A DNA stretch of 64,000 bases from Verrucomicrobiota bacterium (GCA_013287435.1 JABDDU010000003.1:21685-85684); one strand, 5' to 3'; positions 21,035 through 32,507 are shown, counted from the first letter of the stretch. A program made the numbers and translations. Notes: generated by a model not told the origin, from the letters alone.

Positions 21035-22342
21035 ATGCAAAAAATCGACACACTTATCCACGCACGCTGGATCGTCCCCATCATTCCTCGCCATCAAATT
21101 TTAGAAAATTATTCTATTGCCATTCATCATGAAAAAATCATTGATCTTTTATCAACAGATGAAGCGAAAAAAAAATATTCTGCCAAAAATACGGTTGATC
21201 GAAAAAATCATGTGGTGATGCCGGGATTAATTAATACGCATACACATACGCCGATGAATTTATTTCGTGGATTAGCGGATGATTTGCCATTAATGGATTG
21301 GCTGAATAATCATATTTGGCCAGCGGAACAAAAAATTATAAATGCCGAAAGTGTTTATGATGGATCACGATTGGCAATCATTGAGATGTTACGCGGCGGC
21401 ACAACCTGTTTTAACGATCATTATTTTTTCCCGAACGATATTGCCCGCGCGGCAACTGAAGCAGGAATACGCGCTTGCATTGGACACGTTATTATGAATA
21501 TCCCTAACGATTGGGCGAAAAATGAAGATGAGTATATTAGCAAAGCAAAATCGGCTTATGCGGATCGTTCTCGTGATCCACTGCTCAGTTGGACAATTGC
21601 ACCACAAGGTCCTTACACGAATTCTGATCGCAGTTTAACGCTTGCAAAAAATCTTGCTGACGAATTGAATTTACACATGCATATGCACGTGCACGAAACG
21701 CAAGCTGAACTCAATATTGATCTGAAAAATCATCACAAACGCCCGATGAAACGATTACATGATTTAGGCTTGCTAGATGAAAAATTTATTGCTGTGCATA
21801 TGGTGCATTTAACGGATGAAGAAATTGAACTGTGTGCTGAAAAAAAATTACACGTATCACACAATCCCGAATCCAATTTAAAATTAGCCAGTGGATTTGC
21901 GCCCATTGTAAAATTAATGAAAGCCGGTGTGAATGTTTGTTTGGGAACAGATGGCGCTGCCAGCAATAATGATTTGGATATGTTTGGAGAATTGCGCACA
22001 GCCTCTTTTATCGCAAAAGCACACAATCAAGATCCTACCGCATTAGATGCCATGACAACATTAGAAATGGCAACGATTAATGGTGCAAAAGCATTGGGAT
22101 TAGAAAAATACATTGGTTCAATTGAAATAGGAAAATATGCTGATGTGATTACCATTAATTTCGATCATATTTTCACACAACCGGTTTTTAATCCCATTTC
22201 ACATTTGGTTTATGCAGTGAACCGTTTGCAAGTGAGCGATGTGTTTGTTGCTGGAAAACAAGTGTTAAATGCGGGTGAGTTTGTTAAATTAGATGTTGAT
22301 GAGATTGTTGCGAAGGCAAAGATGTGGGCGGAGAAAGTGTGA
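21035..22342 (+). CDS. mtaD: Amidohydrolase of the TRZ/ATZ family (probably 5-methylthioadenosine/S-adenosylhomocysteine deaminase)
   Basis: NTHTHTPMNLFRGLADDLPLMDWL, HVHET and GTDGAASNN metal-binding motifs. 435 aa. Confidence 0.7.
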   Translation: MQKIDTLIHARWIVPIIPRHQILENYSIAIHHEKIIDLLSTDEAKKKYSAKNTVDRKNHVVMPGLINTHTHTPMNLFRGLADDLPLMDWLNNHIWPAEQKIINAESVYDGSRLAIIEMLRGGTTCFNDHYFFPNDIARAATEAGIRACIGHVIMNIPNDWAKNEDEYISKAKSAYADRSRDPLLSWTIAPQGPYTNSDRSLTLAKNLADELNLHMHMHVHETQAELNIDLKNHHKRPMKRLHDLGLLDEKFIAVHMVHLTDEEIELCAEKKLHVSHNPESNLKLASGFAPIVKLMKAGVNVCLGTDGAASNNDLDMFGELRTASFIAKAHNQDPTALDAMTTLEMATINGAKALGLEKYIGSIEIGKYADVITINFDHIFTQPVFNPISHLVYAVNRLQVSDVFVAGKQVLNAGEFVKLDVDEIVAKAKMWAEKV

Positions 22343-22390
22343 GTGCGAGTGTGAGTGTGAGTGTGAGTGTGAGTGTGAGTGTGAGTGTGA
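22337..22390. repeat. (GTGAGT)n hexanucleotide microsatellite, ~9 units, starting inside the mtaD stop codon
   Basis: GTGTGAGTGCGAGTGTGAGTGTGAGTGTGAGTGTGAGTGTGAGTGTGA, read directly from the sequence. Confidence 0.9.
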
Positions 22391-22529
22391 TCAAGTATGT
22401 TACCGATTAGCAGCGAATGGAAGCGCGAGCGCAAGCGACCGCGAAATCTACATGGAACGGTGATTGATATTAAACAAATGACAACACTGTACCTCTGATA
22501 ATATAAAAACCATCGAGGAATAACTTAAT

Positions 22530-23390
22530 ATGGATTTACCAACCAAAATCACCCTCACCGAAGTCAGTCCCCGCGACGGTCTTCAAAACGAAAAAGTAAT
22601 TATTCCGACTGACATCAAAATAAAATTTATCGAATTACTCACTGAAGCTGGTTTTCCAATCATTGAAGCAACCAGTTTTGTAAACCCCAAAAAAATTCCC
22701 GCACTCGCCGATCACGAAACAGTCATGAAAAAATTTCCGTCAACCCGTAAAACAAAATACATGGCATTAATTCCCAATGGTCAAGGCTTAGAAAAAGCGA
22801 TCGAATCCGGCTGCAGCTCTATTGCTGTTCTCACCGCCGTTTCTGAAACATTTACGCAAAAAAATATTAATTGCTCTATTGATGAAAGCTTAAATCGCAT
22901 CACAGAAATAATAAAAATAGCCAAACCCAATACTATTTTTATCCGCGGATATATTTCTTGTGTATTAGGTTGTCCGTATGAAGGTTTTATTGCGCCTGAA
23001 AATACGGCAAAAATAGCCAAAAAATTATTAGCGATGGGATGCGATGAAATTGCATTGGGTGATACGATTGGCACTGGTACACCACTAAAAGCACAAGCAT
23101 TAATTCATGCGGTAAACAAATATGTTCCCATCGATAAAATCGCCATTCATTTTCATGACACCTACGGTCAAGCAATTGCGAATATTTTTGCCTGCTTACA
23201 ATTAGGTATTTCAAAAATCGATGCTTCTGTCGGCAATTTAGGCGGATGTCCTTATGCAAAAGGTGCAACAGGAAACGTTGCCACTGAATCAGTTTTATAT
23301 TTACTAAATGAATTAAATATTGAGACTGGGGTTGATTTACATAAAGTACTCAAAGCGCGTGATTTTATTCGTGGATATTTTAAAGTGTGA
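22530..23390 (+). CDS. Hydroxymethylglutaryl-CoA lyase
   Basis: EVSPRDGLQNE, the DTIGTGTP-type motif and HFHDTYGQA. 286 aa. Confidence 0.85.
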   Translation: MDLPTKITLTEVSPRDGLQNEKVIIPTDIKIKFIELLTEAGFPIIEATSFVNPKKIPALADHETVMKKFPSTRKTKYMALIPNGQGLEKAIESGCSSIAVLTAVSETFTQKNINCSIDESLNRITEIIKIAKPNTIFIRGYISCVLGCPYEGFIAPENTAKIAKKLLAMGCDEIALGDTIGTGTPLKAQALIHAVNKYVPIDKIAIHFHDTYGQAIANIFACLQLGISKIDASVGNLGGCPYAKGATGNVATESVLYLLNELNIETGVDLHKVLKARDFIRGYFKV

Positions 23391-23400
23391 GCGCAGGTAT

Positions 23401-23550
23401 GAGTGTGAGAACGAACGTCGCGTATGATGCGTGTAATTGGGCGGAGCCGCGCGTGAAGTTTTCACGCCATACATCATGATGGATATTAATTAATTTCGAC
23501 GTTATTTGACGTGGAAATAGGTGTGAAAGTTGTGTCACGTGAAAACGGAA
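23401..23550. repeat. Left arm of a long inverted repeat flanking the 604-aa gene
   Basis: The reverse complement aligns block by block with 25597-25824, with about 1-2 mismatches per 20 nt. Confidence 0.85.
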
Positions 23551-23610
23551 CAAGCGATCCGGTATACAAACACAGTATTAAAATAATAATGCGTACTGGC
23601 CTCCAGAAAA

Positions 23611-25425
23611 TTAAGGTTTTCTCTGCGCTGAAGCCGTATGGGTCATAAGCTCCTTATTAATTTTTTTCATTTCCAAAAAAAGCTGGCCAAGCGTTCCGTT
23701 CTTTTCGGCAGGTCTGAATTTATTCTCATCGATAACACAGGGTGGATCAGATTTTAATGATTCCTCAATTGCAATAATCATTCTTTTTGTCCCATTCCAT
23801 TTTGCCTGAGCAGAAAAATACATCCCAAAAATCCCCGATGAAAAACCTCGATCATCTTTCTGATTGAATCGTCTTTCATAATTCGTCAATTTATACATCA
23901 ATTGAAATTTTAATGATTCTAATTTTTCGGCTGGCGTTGAATTCCCATTAATTTTTTTGAGATGTATTATTTCATCGTATTTTTCAGACAGCAACTTACG
24001 TTTGTCAGTTTTTTTGGAACATGCTTTTAAATCAACTTTACATTTCTCAAAAGCTTTCTGCAACTCTTGTATAACCATGGCTGCATAAGAATTTGTATTT
24101 TCTATGTTGTTATTTATGCTGGAAAATAATTTTCGTTCCAATACAAATTTTATTATATCTCGACTATCTTTTTCAAATTCAGAAAAAACATATTTTCCTA
24201 CATTAGAAAATTCCATGTTGTTATTTTTATTATAGGCGGTGATTTTTAATTCCTTGGAACCAGCATCAAGTTGACTGACAGAAAATAAAAATGTTGGAGC
24301 AAAATCAAACAATTTCGTTTTCTTAAAGTTTTTTACAAGGAAATCCGTTTCACGCCCGAACCAGACAGAGAATGCAGAGGTAATAGCAGCACCCACATCA
24401 GGATATTTTTTAGCAAGCGCTAATAATTTACCGCTATAGATATTTTCGCGTACAATTATTTCACCTACGCAACAATATATGTCGTTTTTAAAAATGATAC
24501 CCCGCATTGCTTTAATTAACGCATTGCGCATTTTTTCGTTTGTATTTGACTCTGTTAAAATCCTTTTAATTAACTCCGTTTTTTCCAATTGTACTAAAAG
24601 TACGATAAATCCGCGATCATCAATTAACTGAATCAGAGCATCTGAATTTTCGCACAATGCGCTATACGCATTTTCAAATGGTTTGCATTTTTCTTGTGCG
24701 TCTTGATTAAAGCTGGCTATTTGAATTGAAAACGAAGATCCATATTGCCCTGTTATCGCTTCATGGAGAGAATCAATATCTGAAAATTTTTTCTCACCCG
24801 CCCTAAAATTGGGATCATAGAGACACCATTGTGAACTTGTTTTATCAAAACGAATTGAACAGGTATGTCCTTCGTAGTGAATTGAAAATATTGTATTAGG
24901 TAATGAAAACACCTCTGGTTGTAACAATTGGAATAAATGATTTTTACTGAATACTCCGCCAACTGCTGCACGATAAGATATTTTTTCACCTTTTTCTGAC
25001 TCAAACCACTGAATATTATTATCGGTATCACTGAGTTGCAATAGAGTTTTTTGACTTAAGCCATCAATTTTAAAATCCGAAATTAGTTCAAGTGACACCT
25101 GATGAAAAAAAGCGTAATTTAGCGCACGTTTAAAATGAAATCCAAGAGTTTTTTCTGTCTCTGTTTTTTTAAGATTTTCATCAGGTAATTTAATCGCTTT
25201 TTTAAGTGATTCTTCACTTCCATCCCATTCAGCAATTTTTTCTAATAACGCATGCCACCAGTTCAATTTTTGGGTTGCTGCCATATACGAATGAACGATT
25301 GCTAATCCAAGGCATAACCCTCCTTTGAGATTTTTTTTCTCAGAATCGGAAAATGGTTCTCCACGATCAAATTCCATATATTTTACGAACTGATCCATCA
25401 GTTTAATCTGATCGACAAATGCCAT
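23611..25425 (-). CDS. Hypothetical 604-aa protein with an N-terminal YopT/AvrPphB-like (peptidase C58-type) cysteine protease motif set; putative secreted effector
   Basis: KGGLC(38)LGLAIVHSYM, then EGH(187)TCSIRF and WCLYD(204)PNFRAGE, resemble the Cys/His/Asp triad and the FDPNFGE-like Asp motif of the YopT family. The C-terminal ~370 aa has no recognisable domain. Confidence 0.5.
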   Translation of the reverse strand: MAFVDQIKLMDQFVKYMEFDRGEPFSDSEKKNLKGGLCLGLAIVHSYMAATQKLNWWHALLEKIAEWDGSEESLKKAIKLPDENLKKTETEKTLGFHFKRALNYAFFHQVSLELISDFKIDGLSQKTLLQLSDTDNNIQWFESEKGEKISYRAAVGGVFSKNHLFQLLQPEVFSLPNTIFSIHYEGHTCSIRFDKTSSQWCLYDPNFRAGEKKFSDIDSLHEAITGQYGSSFSIQIASFNQDAQEKCKPFENAYSALCENSDALIQLIDDRGFIVLLVQLEKTELIKRILTESNTNEKMRNALIKAMRGIIFKNDIYCCVGEIIVRENIYSGKLLALAKKYPDVGAAITSAFSVWFGRETDFLVKNFKKTKLFDFAPTFLFSVSQLDAGSKELKITAYNKNNNMEFSNVGKYVFSEFEKDSRDIIKFVLERKLFSSINNNIENTNSYAAMVIQELQKAFEKCKVDLKACSKKTDKRKLLSEKYDEIIHLKKINGNSTPAEKLESLKFQLMYKLTNYERRFNQKDDRGFSSGIFGMYFSAQAKWNGTKRMIIAIEESLKSDPPCVIDENKFRPAEKNGTLGQLFLEMKKINKELMTHTASAQRKP

Positions 25426-25492
25426 AACAACACCTCTACTCCAATATCGAGTTTTCTACATAAATTATAGTAGATAGATTACCGTTAGATTC

Positions 25493-25514
25493 TTAATAAA
25501 CTATTAATAAACTA
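25493..25514 (-). promoter_or_regulatory. Tandem 11-bp repeat TTAATAAACTA x2 (TTAA-N7-TTAA), a candidate PmrA-type response-regulator box upstream of the 604-aa gene
   Basis: Perfect direct repeat with an 11-bp period. A TATAAT hexamer on the minus strand (25464-25469) lies between the repeat and the ATG at 25425. Confidence 0.35.
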
Positions 25515-25596
25515 TTAGCAAATGCTATTTATACTTAGAATTATCAGTAGGTTAGGAAAATAATCTCGAAAAACTCTATTTTAGAAGTAAAACCCA

Positions 25597-25824
25597 GGAT
25601 CGCTTGTTTCGTTTTCACGTGACACAACTTTCACGCCTATTTTCACGTTAAATAACGTCGACATTAATTAATATCCATCGTGATGTATGGCGTGAAAACT
25701 TCACGCGCGGCTCCGTCCAGCGCAATGAATTAACATCAATCTTGATGGGCGGTGTGAAAACTCTGCGCGGTTCCATCCAATTACACGCATCGCTCCACAC
25801 ACGGTTGCGTCCGTTCTCACACTC
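25597..25824. repeat. Right arm of the long inverted repeat, containing a ~57-bp internal degenerate duplication
   Basis: GGATCGCTTGTTTCGTTTTCACGTGACACAACTTTCACGCC... is the reverse complement of 23401-23550. The arm ends in GTTCTCACACTC, abutting the metH stop. Confidence 0.85.
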
Positions 25825-28800
25825 AGCTCAACACCGGCGCTAACCATTTCTCCGCCATCTCCAACGAAATATTTTTCCGCTGTGCATAATCCGCCAATTG
25901 ATCACGATCAATTTTTCCAATCACAAAATAATCGCTTTCTGGATGCGAAAAATAAAAACCACAAACAGAAGACGCCGGCCACATTGCCAAATTATCCGTC
26001 AATGTAATGCCCGCATTTTTTTGCGGATTTAACAATTGAAATAACGCGTGTTTTTCCAGATGATCAGGACACGCAGGATATCCCGGTGCTGGACGAATGC
26101 CATAATATTTTTCTTTTATCAATGATTCATGACTTAAATTTTCTTCGGAAGAATAACCCCAATATAATTGCCTTACTTTACGATGCAAATGTTCCGCAAA
26201 GGCTTCCGCCAATCGATCACCCAATGCTTTAATCATAATACTGCTGTAATCATCCTGTTGCGCTTCAAATTTTTTTGCCAGCGCATCCACACCAATTCCC
26301 GCAGTAACAGCAAACACACCAATATAATCATTGATTCTCGTATATTTTGGCGCAATAAAATCCGCTAAACATTTATTCGCTCTGCCTGGCGGCTTTCGAT
26401 TTTGTTGTCGCAAATGATGCAGTGTTAACATTATTTCGTTACGATTATTATCATCGCAATACACTTCAATATCATCATCATTCACACTATTGGCCGGGAA
26501 AAATCCAAATACCGCATGCGCTTGCAATAATTTTTCATCGATCACATGTTGCAACATCGCTTTAGCATCATGATACAATTTCGTCGCTTCAACACCGACA
26601 ACACTGTCTTTTAAAATATCGGGAAAACGCCCCGCCAAATCCCACGCTTGAAAAAAAGGCGTCCAATCGATTTCCTGCGCAATCGGATTTAAATCATAAT
26701 TCTTTAAAATTTGAATGCCTAATTGACGAGGAATCGGCGGAACATAATGATCCCACTTTAACGGTGATTTATTCGCACGCGCATCACTCAATGAAATAAA
26801 ATCTGTTTGATGTTTTTTTCCCGCATGCAATTCACGCACTTCTTGATATTCATTTTTAATTGCTTTTGTATAATCCGGTTTTAAATTCGCATTTAATAAT
26901 TTAGAGGCAACACCAACCGCGCGACTCGCATCTTTCACATAAATAGCATCATGCTGATAGTTCGGCGCGATTTTAACGGCGGTATGTACACGCGACGTTG
27001 TGGCACCACCAATTAATAATGGCGTCGTAAAACCCAGGCGTTGCATTTCACTGGCAACAAAACACATTTCATCGAGTGACGGCGTAATTAATCCGCTTAA
27101 TCCAATCATATCGACATTTTCTTTTTTCGCCGTTTCTAAAATTTTTTCACACGGCACCATCACACCCAGATCAATCACATCATAGTTATTACATTGCAAA
27201 ACGACACCCACAATATTTTTTCCAATATCATGCACATCGCCTTTCACGGTCGCCATTAAAATTTTACCTTTCGCGCTCGCCTTCACATTATTATTTTTCT
27301 TTTCTGCTTCAATAAAAGGGATTAAATACGCAACCGCTTTTTTCATCACGCGTGCACTTTTAACGACTTGCGGTAAAAACATTTTTCCATCACCAAATAA
27401 TTCACCGACACGATTCATGCCATCCATTAACGGCCCTTCAATCACTGCTAAAGGATACGGCGCAATTTTTCGTGCTTCTTCCGCATCCTCATCAATATAT
27501 TCTGTAATACCTTGCACCAAAGCATAACTTAATCGTTCATTGACTATTTTTTCACGCCACGACAAATCTTTTTGTTGGGATTTACCATGGCTCATCACCG
27601 TTTGCGCGACTTCTAATAATTTTTCTGTTGCGTCAGGCTTTCGATTTAAAACCACATCTTCCACTTTTTCTAATAAATCTGCAGGAATATCTTGATAAAT
27701 AGGCAATTGCCCTGCATTGACAATTCCCATATCAAGACCAGCACGAATCGCGTAATATAAAAAAACCGCATGAATCGCTTCACGAACAGGATTATTGCCA
27801 CGAAATGAAAATGATACGTTACTCACGCCGCCACTGATTAATGCATAGGGACATTGTTTTTTAATGTCAGAAACTGCCTCAATAAAATCAACCGCATAAT
27901 TATTATGCGCGTCAATGCCCGTCGCGATCGCAAAAATATTCGGGTCAAAAATAATATCTTGTGGTTTGAATCCGACTTGTTTCGTTAAAATACGATATGC
28001 TCGTTTGCAAATGTCAATTTTACGATCACGTGAATCCGCTTGACCTTGTTCATCAAACGCCATCACAACGACCGCAGCACCATAAAATAATATTTTTTTA
28101 GCGCATTCAATAAATAATTTTTCACCTTCTTTTAAGCTGATTGAATTAACAATGCCTTTGCCTTGCAAACATTTTAATCCTGCTTCAATCACCGACCATT
28201 TCGATGAATCCACCATAATCGGCACACGCGAAATATCAGGCTCACTCGCCACCCTATTTAAAAATGTTGTCATTTCAACTTCAGAATCGAGCATCGCTTC
28301 ATCCATATTAATATCGATGATTTGTGCGCCCTGCTCGACTTGTTGACGCGCAACTTCTAACGCAGCTTCGTAATTTTTCTCCAAAATTAATTTTTTAAAT
28401 TTTGCAGATCCCGTCACATTAGTGCGTTCACCCACATTAATAAAATTACTGTCAGGATAAAGAGTCAGCGGCTCCAATCCACTTAATCGACAATAAGGCT
28501 TAATTTCAGGGATTTCACGCGGTTTACAATTTTTTATTTTTTCCGCAATCGCTTTAATATGTTGCGGCGTTGTACCACAACAACCACCGGCAAAATTAAT
28601 AAATCCATTTTGTGCAAATTCAAAAACCAGTTCACTCATTTTTTCGGGCGTTTGTTCATAGTCTCCCAATTCATTTGGTAAACCCGCATTCGGATAAACA
28701 CTGACATACGTATCTGCAATTTTTGATAAGGTTTGTAAATACGGGCGCATATCTTCAGCACCTAACGCACAATTAATCCCAACCGCAATGGGTTTCGCAT

Positions 28801-29494
28801 GCATCACGGAATGCCAAAACGCTTCAATCGTTTGTCCCGATAATGTTCGCCCGCTCGCATCTGTAATCGTGCCTGAAATCATGATCGGCAATTCGATGTG
28901 ATGATCATCAAAATATTTTTTAACCGCAAAAATAGCGGCTTTTGCATTTAATGTGTCAAAAATCGTTTCAATTAAAATAATATCAACGCCACCACGCACC
29001 AAACCATCAACCGCTTCTGTATAGGCAGCAACTAATTCATCAAAAGAAATATTGCGTGCACCGGGATTATTCACATCCGGTGAAATGGACGCGGTTCGAT
29101 TGGTGGGACCGATTGCACCCGCCACAAAACGCGGTTTTTCCGGCGTTTTTTGCATTATTTCATCGCAGGCGGCGCGCGCTAATTGGGCGGCTTGATAATT
29201 TAATTCGGTTGCGAGATGGCTTAATTGATAATCGGATAATGCAATGGACGTTGCACCAAACGTATTGGTTTCAATAATATCAGCGCCGGCTTGCAAATAA
29301 GCGTGATGAACCGCTTGAATAATTTTAGGTTGTGTTAAACATAATAAATCATTATTTCCCTTTAAAAAAACAGGATGATCTTTAAATTGTGCGCCACGAA
29401 AATCACTTTCCGTAAGACGGTACGTTTGGATCATTGTACCCATGCCGCCGTCAATAATAAGAATGTTGGAAGCAAGTTGTTTTAATATTTGCAT
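25823..29494 (-). CDS. metH: Cobalamin-dependent methionine synthase
   Basis: 1223 aa. It contains Hcy-binding, pterin-binding, B12-binding ([10 protein letters not shown]) and AdoMet-activation domains. Confidence 0.95.
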   Translation of the reverse strand: MQILKQLASNILIIDGGMGTMIQTYRLTESDFRGAQFKDHPVFLKGNNDLLCLTQPKIIQAVHHAYLQAGADIIETNTFGATSIALSDYQLSHLATELNYQAAQLARAACDEIMQKTPEKPRFVAGAIGPTNRTASISPDVNNPGARNISFDELVAAYTEAVDGLVRGGVDIILIETIFDTLNAKAAIFAVKKYFDDHHIELPIMISGTITDASGRTLSGQTIEAFWHSVMHAKPIAVGINCALGAEDMRPYLQTLSKIADTYVSVYPNAGLPNELGDYEQTPEKMSELVFEFAQNGFINFAGGCCGTTPQHIKAIAEKIKNCKPREIPEIKPYCRLSGLEPLTLYPDSNFINVGERTNVTGSAKFKKLILEKNYEAALEVARQQVEQGAQIIDINMDEAMLDSEVEMTTFLNRVASEPDISRVPIMVDSSKWSVIEAGLKCLQGKGIVNSISLKEGEKLFIECAKKILFYGAAVVVMAFDEQGQADSRDRKIDICKRAYRILTKQVGFKPQDIIFDPNIFAIATGIDAHNNYAVDFIEAVSDIKKQCPYALISGGVSNVSFSFRGNNPVREAIHAVFLYYAIRAGLDMGIVNAGQLPIYQDIPADLLEKVEDVVLNRKPDATEKLLEVAQTVMSHGKSQQKDLSWREKIVNERLSYALVQGITEYIDEDAEEARKIAPYPLAVIEGPLMDGMNRVGELFGDGKMFLPQVVKSARVMKKAVAYLIPFIEAEKKNNNVKASAKGKILMATVKGDVHDIGKNIVGVVLQCNNYDVIDLGVMVPCEKILETAKKENVDMIGLSGLITPSLDEMCFVASEMQRLGFTTPLLIGGATTSRVHTAVKIAPNYQHDAIYVKDASRAVGVASKLLNANLKPDYTKAIKNEYQEVRELHAGKKHQTDFISLSDARANKSPLKWDHYVPPIPRQLGIQILKNYDLNPIAQEIDWTPFFQAWDLAGRFPDILKDSVVGVEATKLYHDAKAMLQHVIDEKLLQAHAVFGFFPANSVNDDDIEVYCDDNNRNEIMLTLHHLRQQNRKPPGRANKCLADFIAPKYTRINDYIGVFAVTAGIGVDALAKKFEAQQDDYSSIMIKALGDRLAEAFAEHLHRKVRQLYWGYSSEENLSHESLIKEKYYGIRPAPGYPACPDHLEKHALFQLLNPQKNAGITLTDNLAMWPASSVCGFYFSHPESDYFVIGKIDRDQLADYAQRKNISLEMAEKWLAPVLS

Positions 29495-29549
29495 ATTGAT
29501 AAGCTCTTGTTATCATGAACTGCTGTGTATTCTACCAGGGTCGGCCTAT

Positions 29550-30410
29550 ATGTCATTACCTCAAATCAGTTTCGAATTTTTTCCACCAAAAACCGACGGT
29601 GGTATGGATAATTTGTTACAAGTCGCAAAAAGATTAGCGGAGCTAAAACCGCAATTTTTTTCCGTCACATTTGGCGCTGCAGGATCCGCACAAAATAACA
29701 CGGAAAATACTGTATTTAAAATTAATACGGTAACAAAAATTTCAACGGCACCGCATATGTCTTGTATTGCTGCAGAAAAAGAAACGATTAAACATTTATT
29801 AGAAAAGTATATTCAACAGGGTATTTCTCGATTGGTGGTTTTGCGTGGTGATCAACCTGCGAATACGACTGCACTCCCTAATCATTTTCGTTATGCATCG
29901 GAACTGGTGCAATTTATTCGCGAAGAAACAGGGGATCATTTTCATATTGAAGTGGCGTGTTATCCAGAATTTCATCCGGAAACGACTGATTTAAAACGCG
30001 CTTTATTCCACTTTAAAGAAAAAATCGATGCAGGCGCAAATTCTGCCATCACACAATATTTTTATAATGCAGACGCGTATTGTCGATTCAGAGAAAATTG
30101 CGAAAAAATGGATATTCGTATTCCCATCACGCCTGGCATTATGCCGATTACGAATTACGAAAAACTCGTTGCTTTTTCGAATGCTTGCGGCGCTGAAATT
30201 CCACGTTGGTTAAATTATCGCTTGCAAAGTTATCAGGATAATCTCGCTGCGTTACAAACTTATGGTGAAGAAATAGTTTCTGATTTATGTGAAAAATTAT
30301 TAGCAGCAGGCGCACCTGGATTGCATTTTTATACGCTGAATAAAGCAGAAGCGAGTACCACTATTTTGCGTCATATCGGATTAGTCATGAAAACGGCGCA
30401 TTCACGCTAA
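29550..30410 (+). CDS. metF: 5,10-methylenetetrahydrofolate reductase
   Basis: N-terminus [15 protein letters not shown] plus ITQYFYN. The upstream part of ORF 29442.. overlaps the metH start and I rejected it. The start is uncertain by about 1 nt. Confidence 0.9.
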   Translation: MSLPQISFEFFPPKTDGGMDNLLQVAKRLAELKPQFFSVTFGAAGSAQNNTENTVFKINTVTKISTAPHMSCIAAEKETIKHLLEKYIQQGISRLVVLRGDQPANTTALPNHFRYASELVQFIREETGDHFHIEVACYPEFHPETTDLKRALFHFKEKIDAGANSAITQYFYNADAYCRFRENCEKMDIRIPITPGIMPITNYEKLVAFSNACGAEIPRWLNYRLQSYQDNLAALQTYGEEIVSDLCEKLLAAGAPGLHFYTLNKAEASTTILRHIGLVMKTAHSR

Positions 30411-32384
30411 GTAGTATTTCTTTTTTACACTCACCATTTGATCCCGCAAACTAGCCGCTTTTTCAAATTCTAGATTTTTTGCAGCGGCAAACATAGCGGC
30501 TTCCAACTCACTTAATTTTTTCTCTAACGCTTTAGGTGTCATCGATAAAATATCCAGCGCAAGCTCCTCTGCTTCATGCACTTTTTCTATGTTTTCTATC
30601 ATGCCGTGCACTGCTTTTTGAATGCCAACGGGAGTGATATGATGTTTTTTATTATAGTCTGCCTGTTTTGCGCGTCGTCGATCCGTTTCATCAATCGCGC
30701 GTCGCATTGAGTTCGTGATTTTATCGGCATACAAGATAGCCTCACCATGAAGATTACGCGCTGCACGACCTATCGTTTGAACAAGTGATCGTTCAGATCG
30801 CAAAAATCCTTCTTTATCTGCATCTAAAATAGCAACCAATGAAACTTCCGGTAAATCCAATCCTTCGCGCAACAAATTAATGCCAATCAGCACATCAAAC
30901 ACACCCAAACGCAAATCACGCAAAATTTCGACGCGTTCAACAGTTTCGATATCAGAATGTAGATATCGAACTTTTATCCCCTGCTCTGAAAAATATTCCG
31001 TCAGATCTTCCGACATGCGTTTCGTTAATGTGGTGACTAACACACGTTCATTTTTTGCCGCCCGAATTCGCACTTCAGATAACAAATCGTCAACTTGTGT
31101 TTTCACGGGACGAATCGAAACAATAGGATCTAATAAACCTGTGGGACGCACAACCAATTCAACCACATCAGTGCTGTGTGTTAATTCATAATCACTCGGC
31201 GTTGCCGATACAAAAATCAGTTGCGGCGCACAGTGTTCAAATTCATCAAATCGTAAGGGACGATTATCTAATGCGGACGGTAAACGAAATCCATAATTCA
31301 CTAAATTTTCTTTTCGCGCACGATCGCCTTTATACATGCCGCCGATTTGCGGAATAGTGACATGCGATTCATCTACCACTAATAAGGCATTATTCGGCAG
31401 ATAATCCATTAAGGTTGGCGGCGGCTCACCGGCTTTTCTACCCGATAAATACCGCGAATAATTTTCAATGCCTGAGCAATAACCCAACTCAATCATCATC
31501 TCAATATCAAATAACGTGCGCTGTTCTAAGCGTTGTTTTTCAACCAATTTATTTTCTTGTTGAAAATAATCTAAGCGTGATTTCAATTCTATTTTAACTT
31601 CGTCAATCATTTTTATAATCTGAGCGCGCGGCGTGACATAATGCGATTTAGGAAAAATGGTAATTCGTTGTAGCTTTTGTTTTACTGTGTTGGTGAGCGG
31701 GTCAAATAATTGTATCGCTTCAACCTCATCATCAAATAATTTTATTCGAACCGCATCCGTTTCTGAATCTGCCGGAAAAACATCGATCACATCACCTGAT
31801 ACACGATACGCCGCGCGGTGCAATTCCAGTTCATTGCGTGTGTATTGCATTTCAGCAAAACGCCGCAAAATTTCTCGCTGATCAATACGTTCACCGACAC
31901 TCAAGTGCAACACCATACTTAAATATGATTTTGGATCACCCAAACCATAAATTGCAGAAACGGTTGCAACAATAATCGCATCATCACGCTCTAATATTGC
32001 TTTGGTTGCCGATAAACGCATCTGCTCAATTTGCGCATTAATCGAGGCATCTTTTTCAATAAAAGTATCTGTCGAGGGGACATAGGCTTCGGGTTGATAG
32101 TAATCGTAATAAGAAACAAAATATTCGACGGCATTTTTAGGGAAGAATTCACGTAATTCTGCATACAATTGCGCAGCCAATGTTTTATTGGGCGCTAACA
32201 CCAATGTTGGACGCTGTACGCGATTAATCACATTGGCAATCGTAAATGTTTTTCCAGAACCAGTCACACCCAGCAAGGTTTGGTACGCTAATCCCGCGCT
32301 CAATCCATCAACTAATTTTTCGATAGCTTGAGGCTGATCGCCGTTGGGTTGAAAGGGTGCAGATAGTTGGAATGACTGGGACAT
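30402..32384 (-). CDS. uvrB: Excinuclease ABC subunit B
   Basis: [11 protein letters not shown]alker A, DESH box and a C-terminal UVR domain. 660 aa. Confidence 0.97.
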   Translation of the reverse strand: MSQSFQLSAPFQPNGDQPQAIEKLVDGLSAGLAYQTLLGVTGSGKTFTIANVINRVQRPTLVLAPNKTLAAQLYAELREFFPKNAVEYFVSYYDYYQPEAYVPSTDTFIEKDASINAQIEQMRLSATKAILERDDAIIVATVSAIYGLGDPKSYLSMVLHLSVGERIDQREILRRFAEMQYTRNELELHRAAYRVSGDVIDVFPADSETDAVRIKLFDDEVEAIQLFDPLTNTVKQKLQRITIFPKSHYVTPRAQIIKMIDEVKIELKSRLDYFQQENKLVEKQRLEQRTLFDIEMMIELGYCSGIENYSRYLSGRKAGEPPPTLMDYLPNNALLVVDESHVTIPQIGGMYKGDRARKENLVNYGFRLPSALDNRPLRFDEFEHCAPQLIFVSATPSDYELTHSTDVVELVVRPTGLLDPIVSIRPVKTQVDDLLSEVRIRAAKNERVLVTTLTKRMSEDLTEYFSEQGIKVRYLHSDIETVERVEILRDLRLGVFDVLIGINLLREGLDLPEVSLVAILDADKEGFLRSERSLVQTIGRAARNLHGEAILYADKITNSMRRAIDETDRRRAKQADYNKKHHITPVGIQKAVHGMIENIEKVHEAEELALDILSMTPKALEKKLSELEAAMFAAAKNLEFEKAASLRDQMVSVKKKYYLA

Positions 32385-32435
32385 GAAATCATTATTTCCC
32401 GGGTCGAATTATTCAGAACTGCTCGCAAGTTTTTA

Positions 32436-32507
<72 letters not shown>

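Noticed and set aside
22210-22434. 74-aa minus-strand ORF containing HTHTHTHTHTHTHT
   Set aside because: It is simply the reverse-strand translation of the (GTGAGT)n microsatellite plus the 3' end of mtaD. There is no independent coding evidence.
29442-29549. N-terminal 36-codon extension of the metF ORF
   Set aside because: It overlaps the divergent metH start and has no MetF homology. [15 protein letters not shown] is the typical MetF N-terminus. My hand translation of 29520-29580 also disagreed with the supplied ORF track by one base. I treat that as my reading error, so the start coordinate is +/-1.
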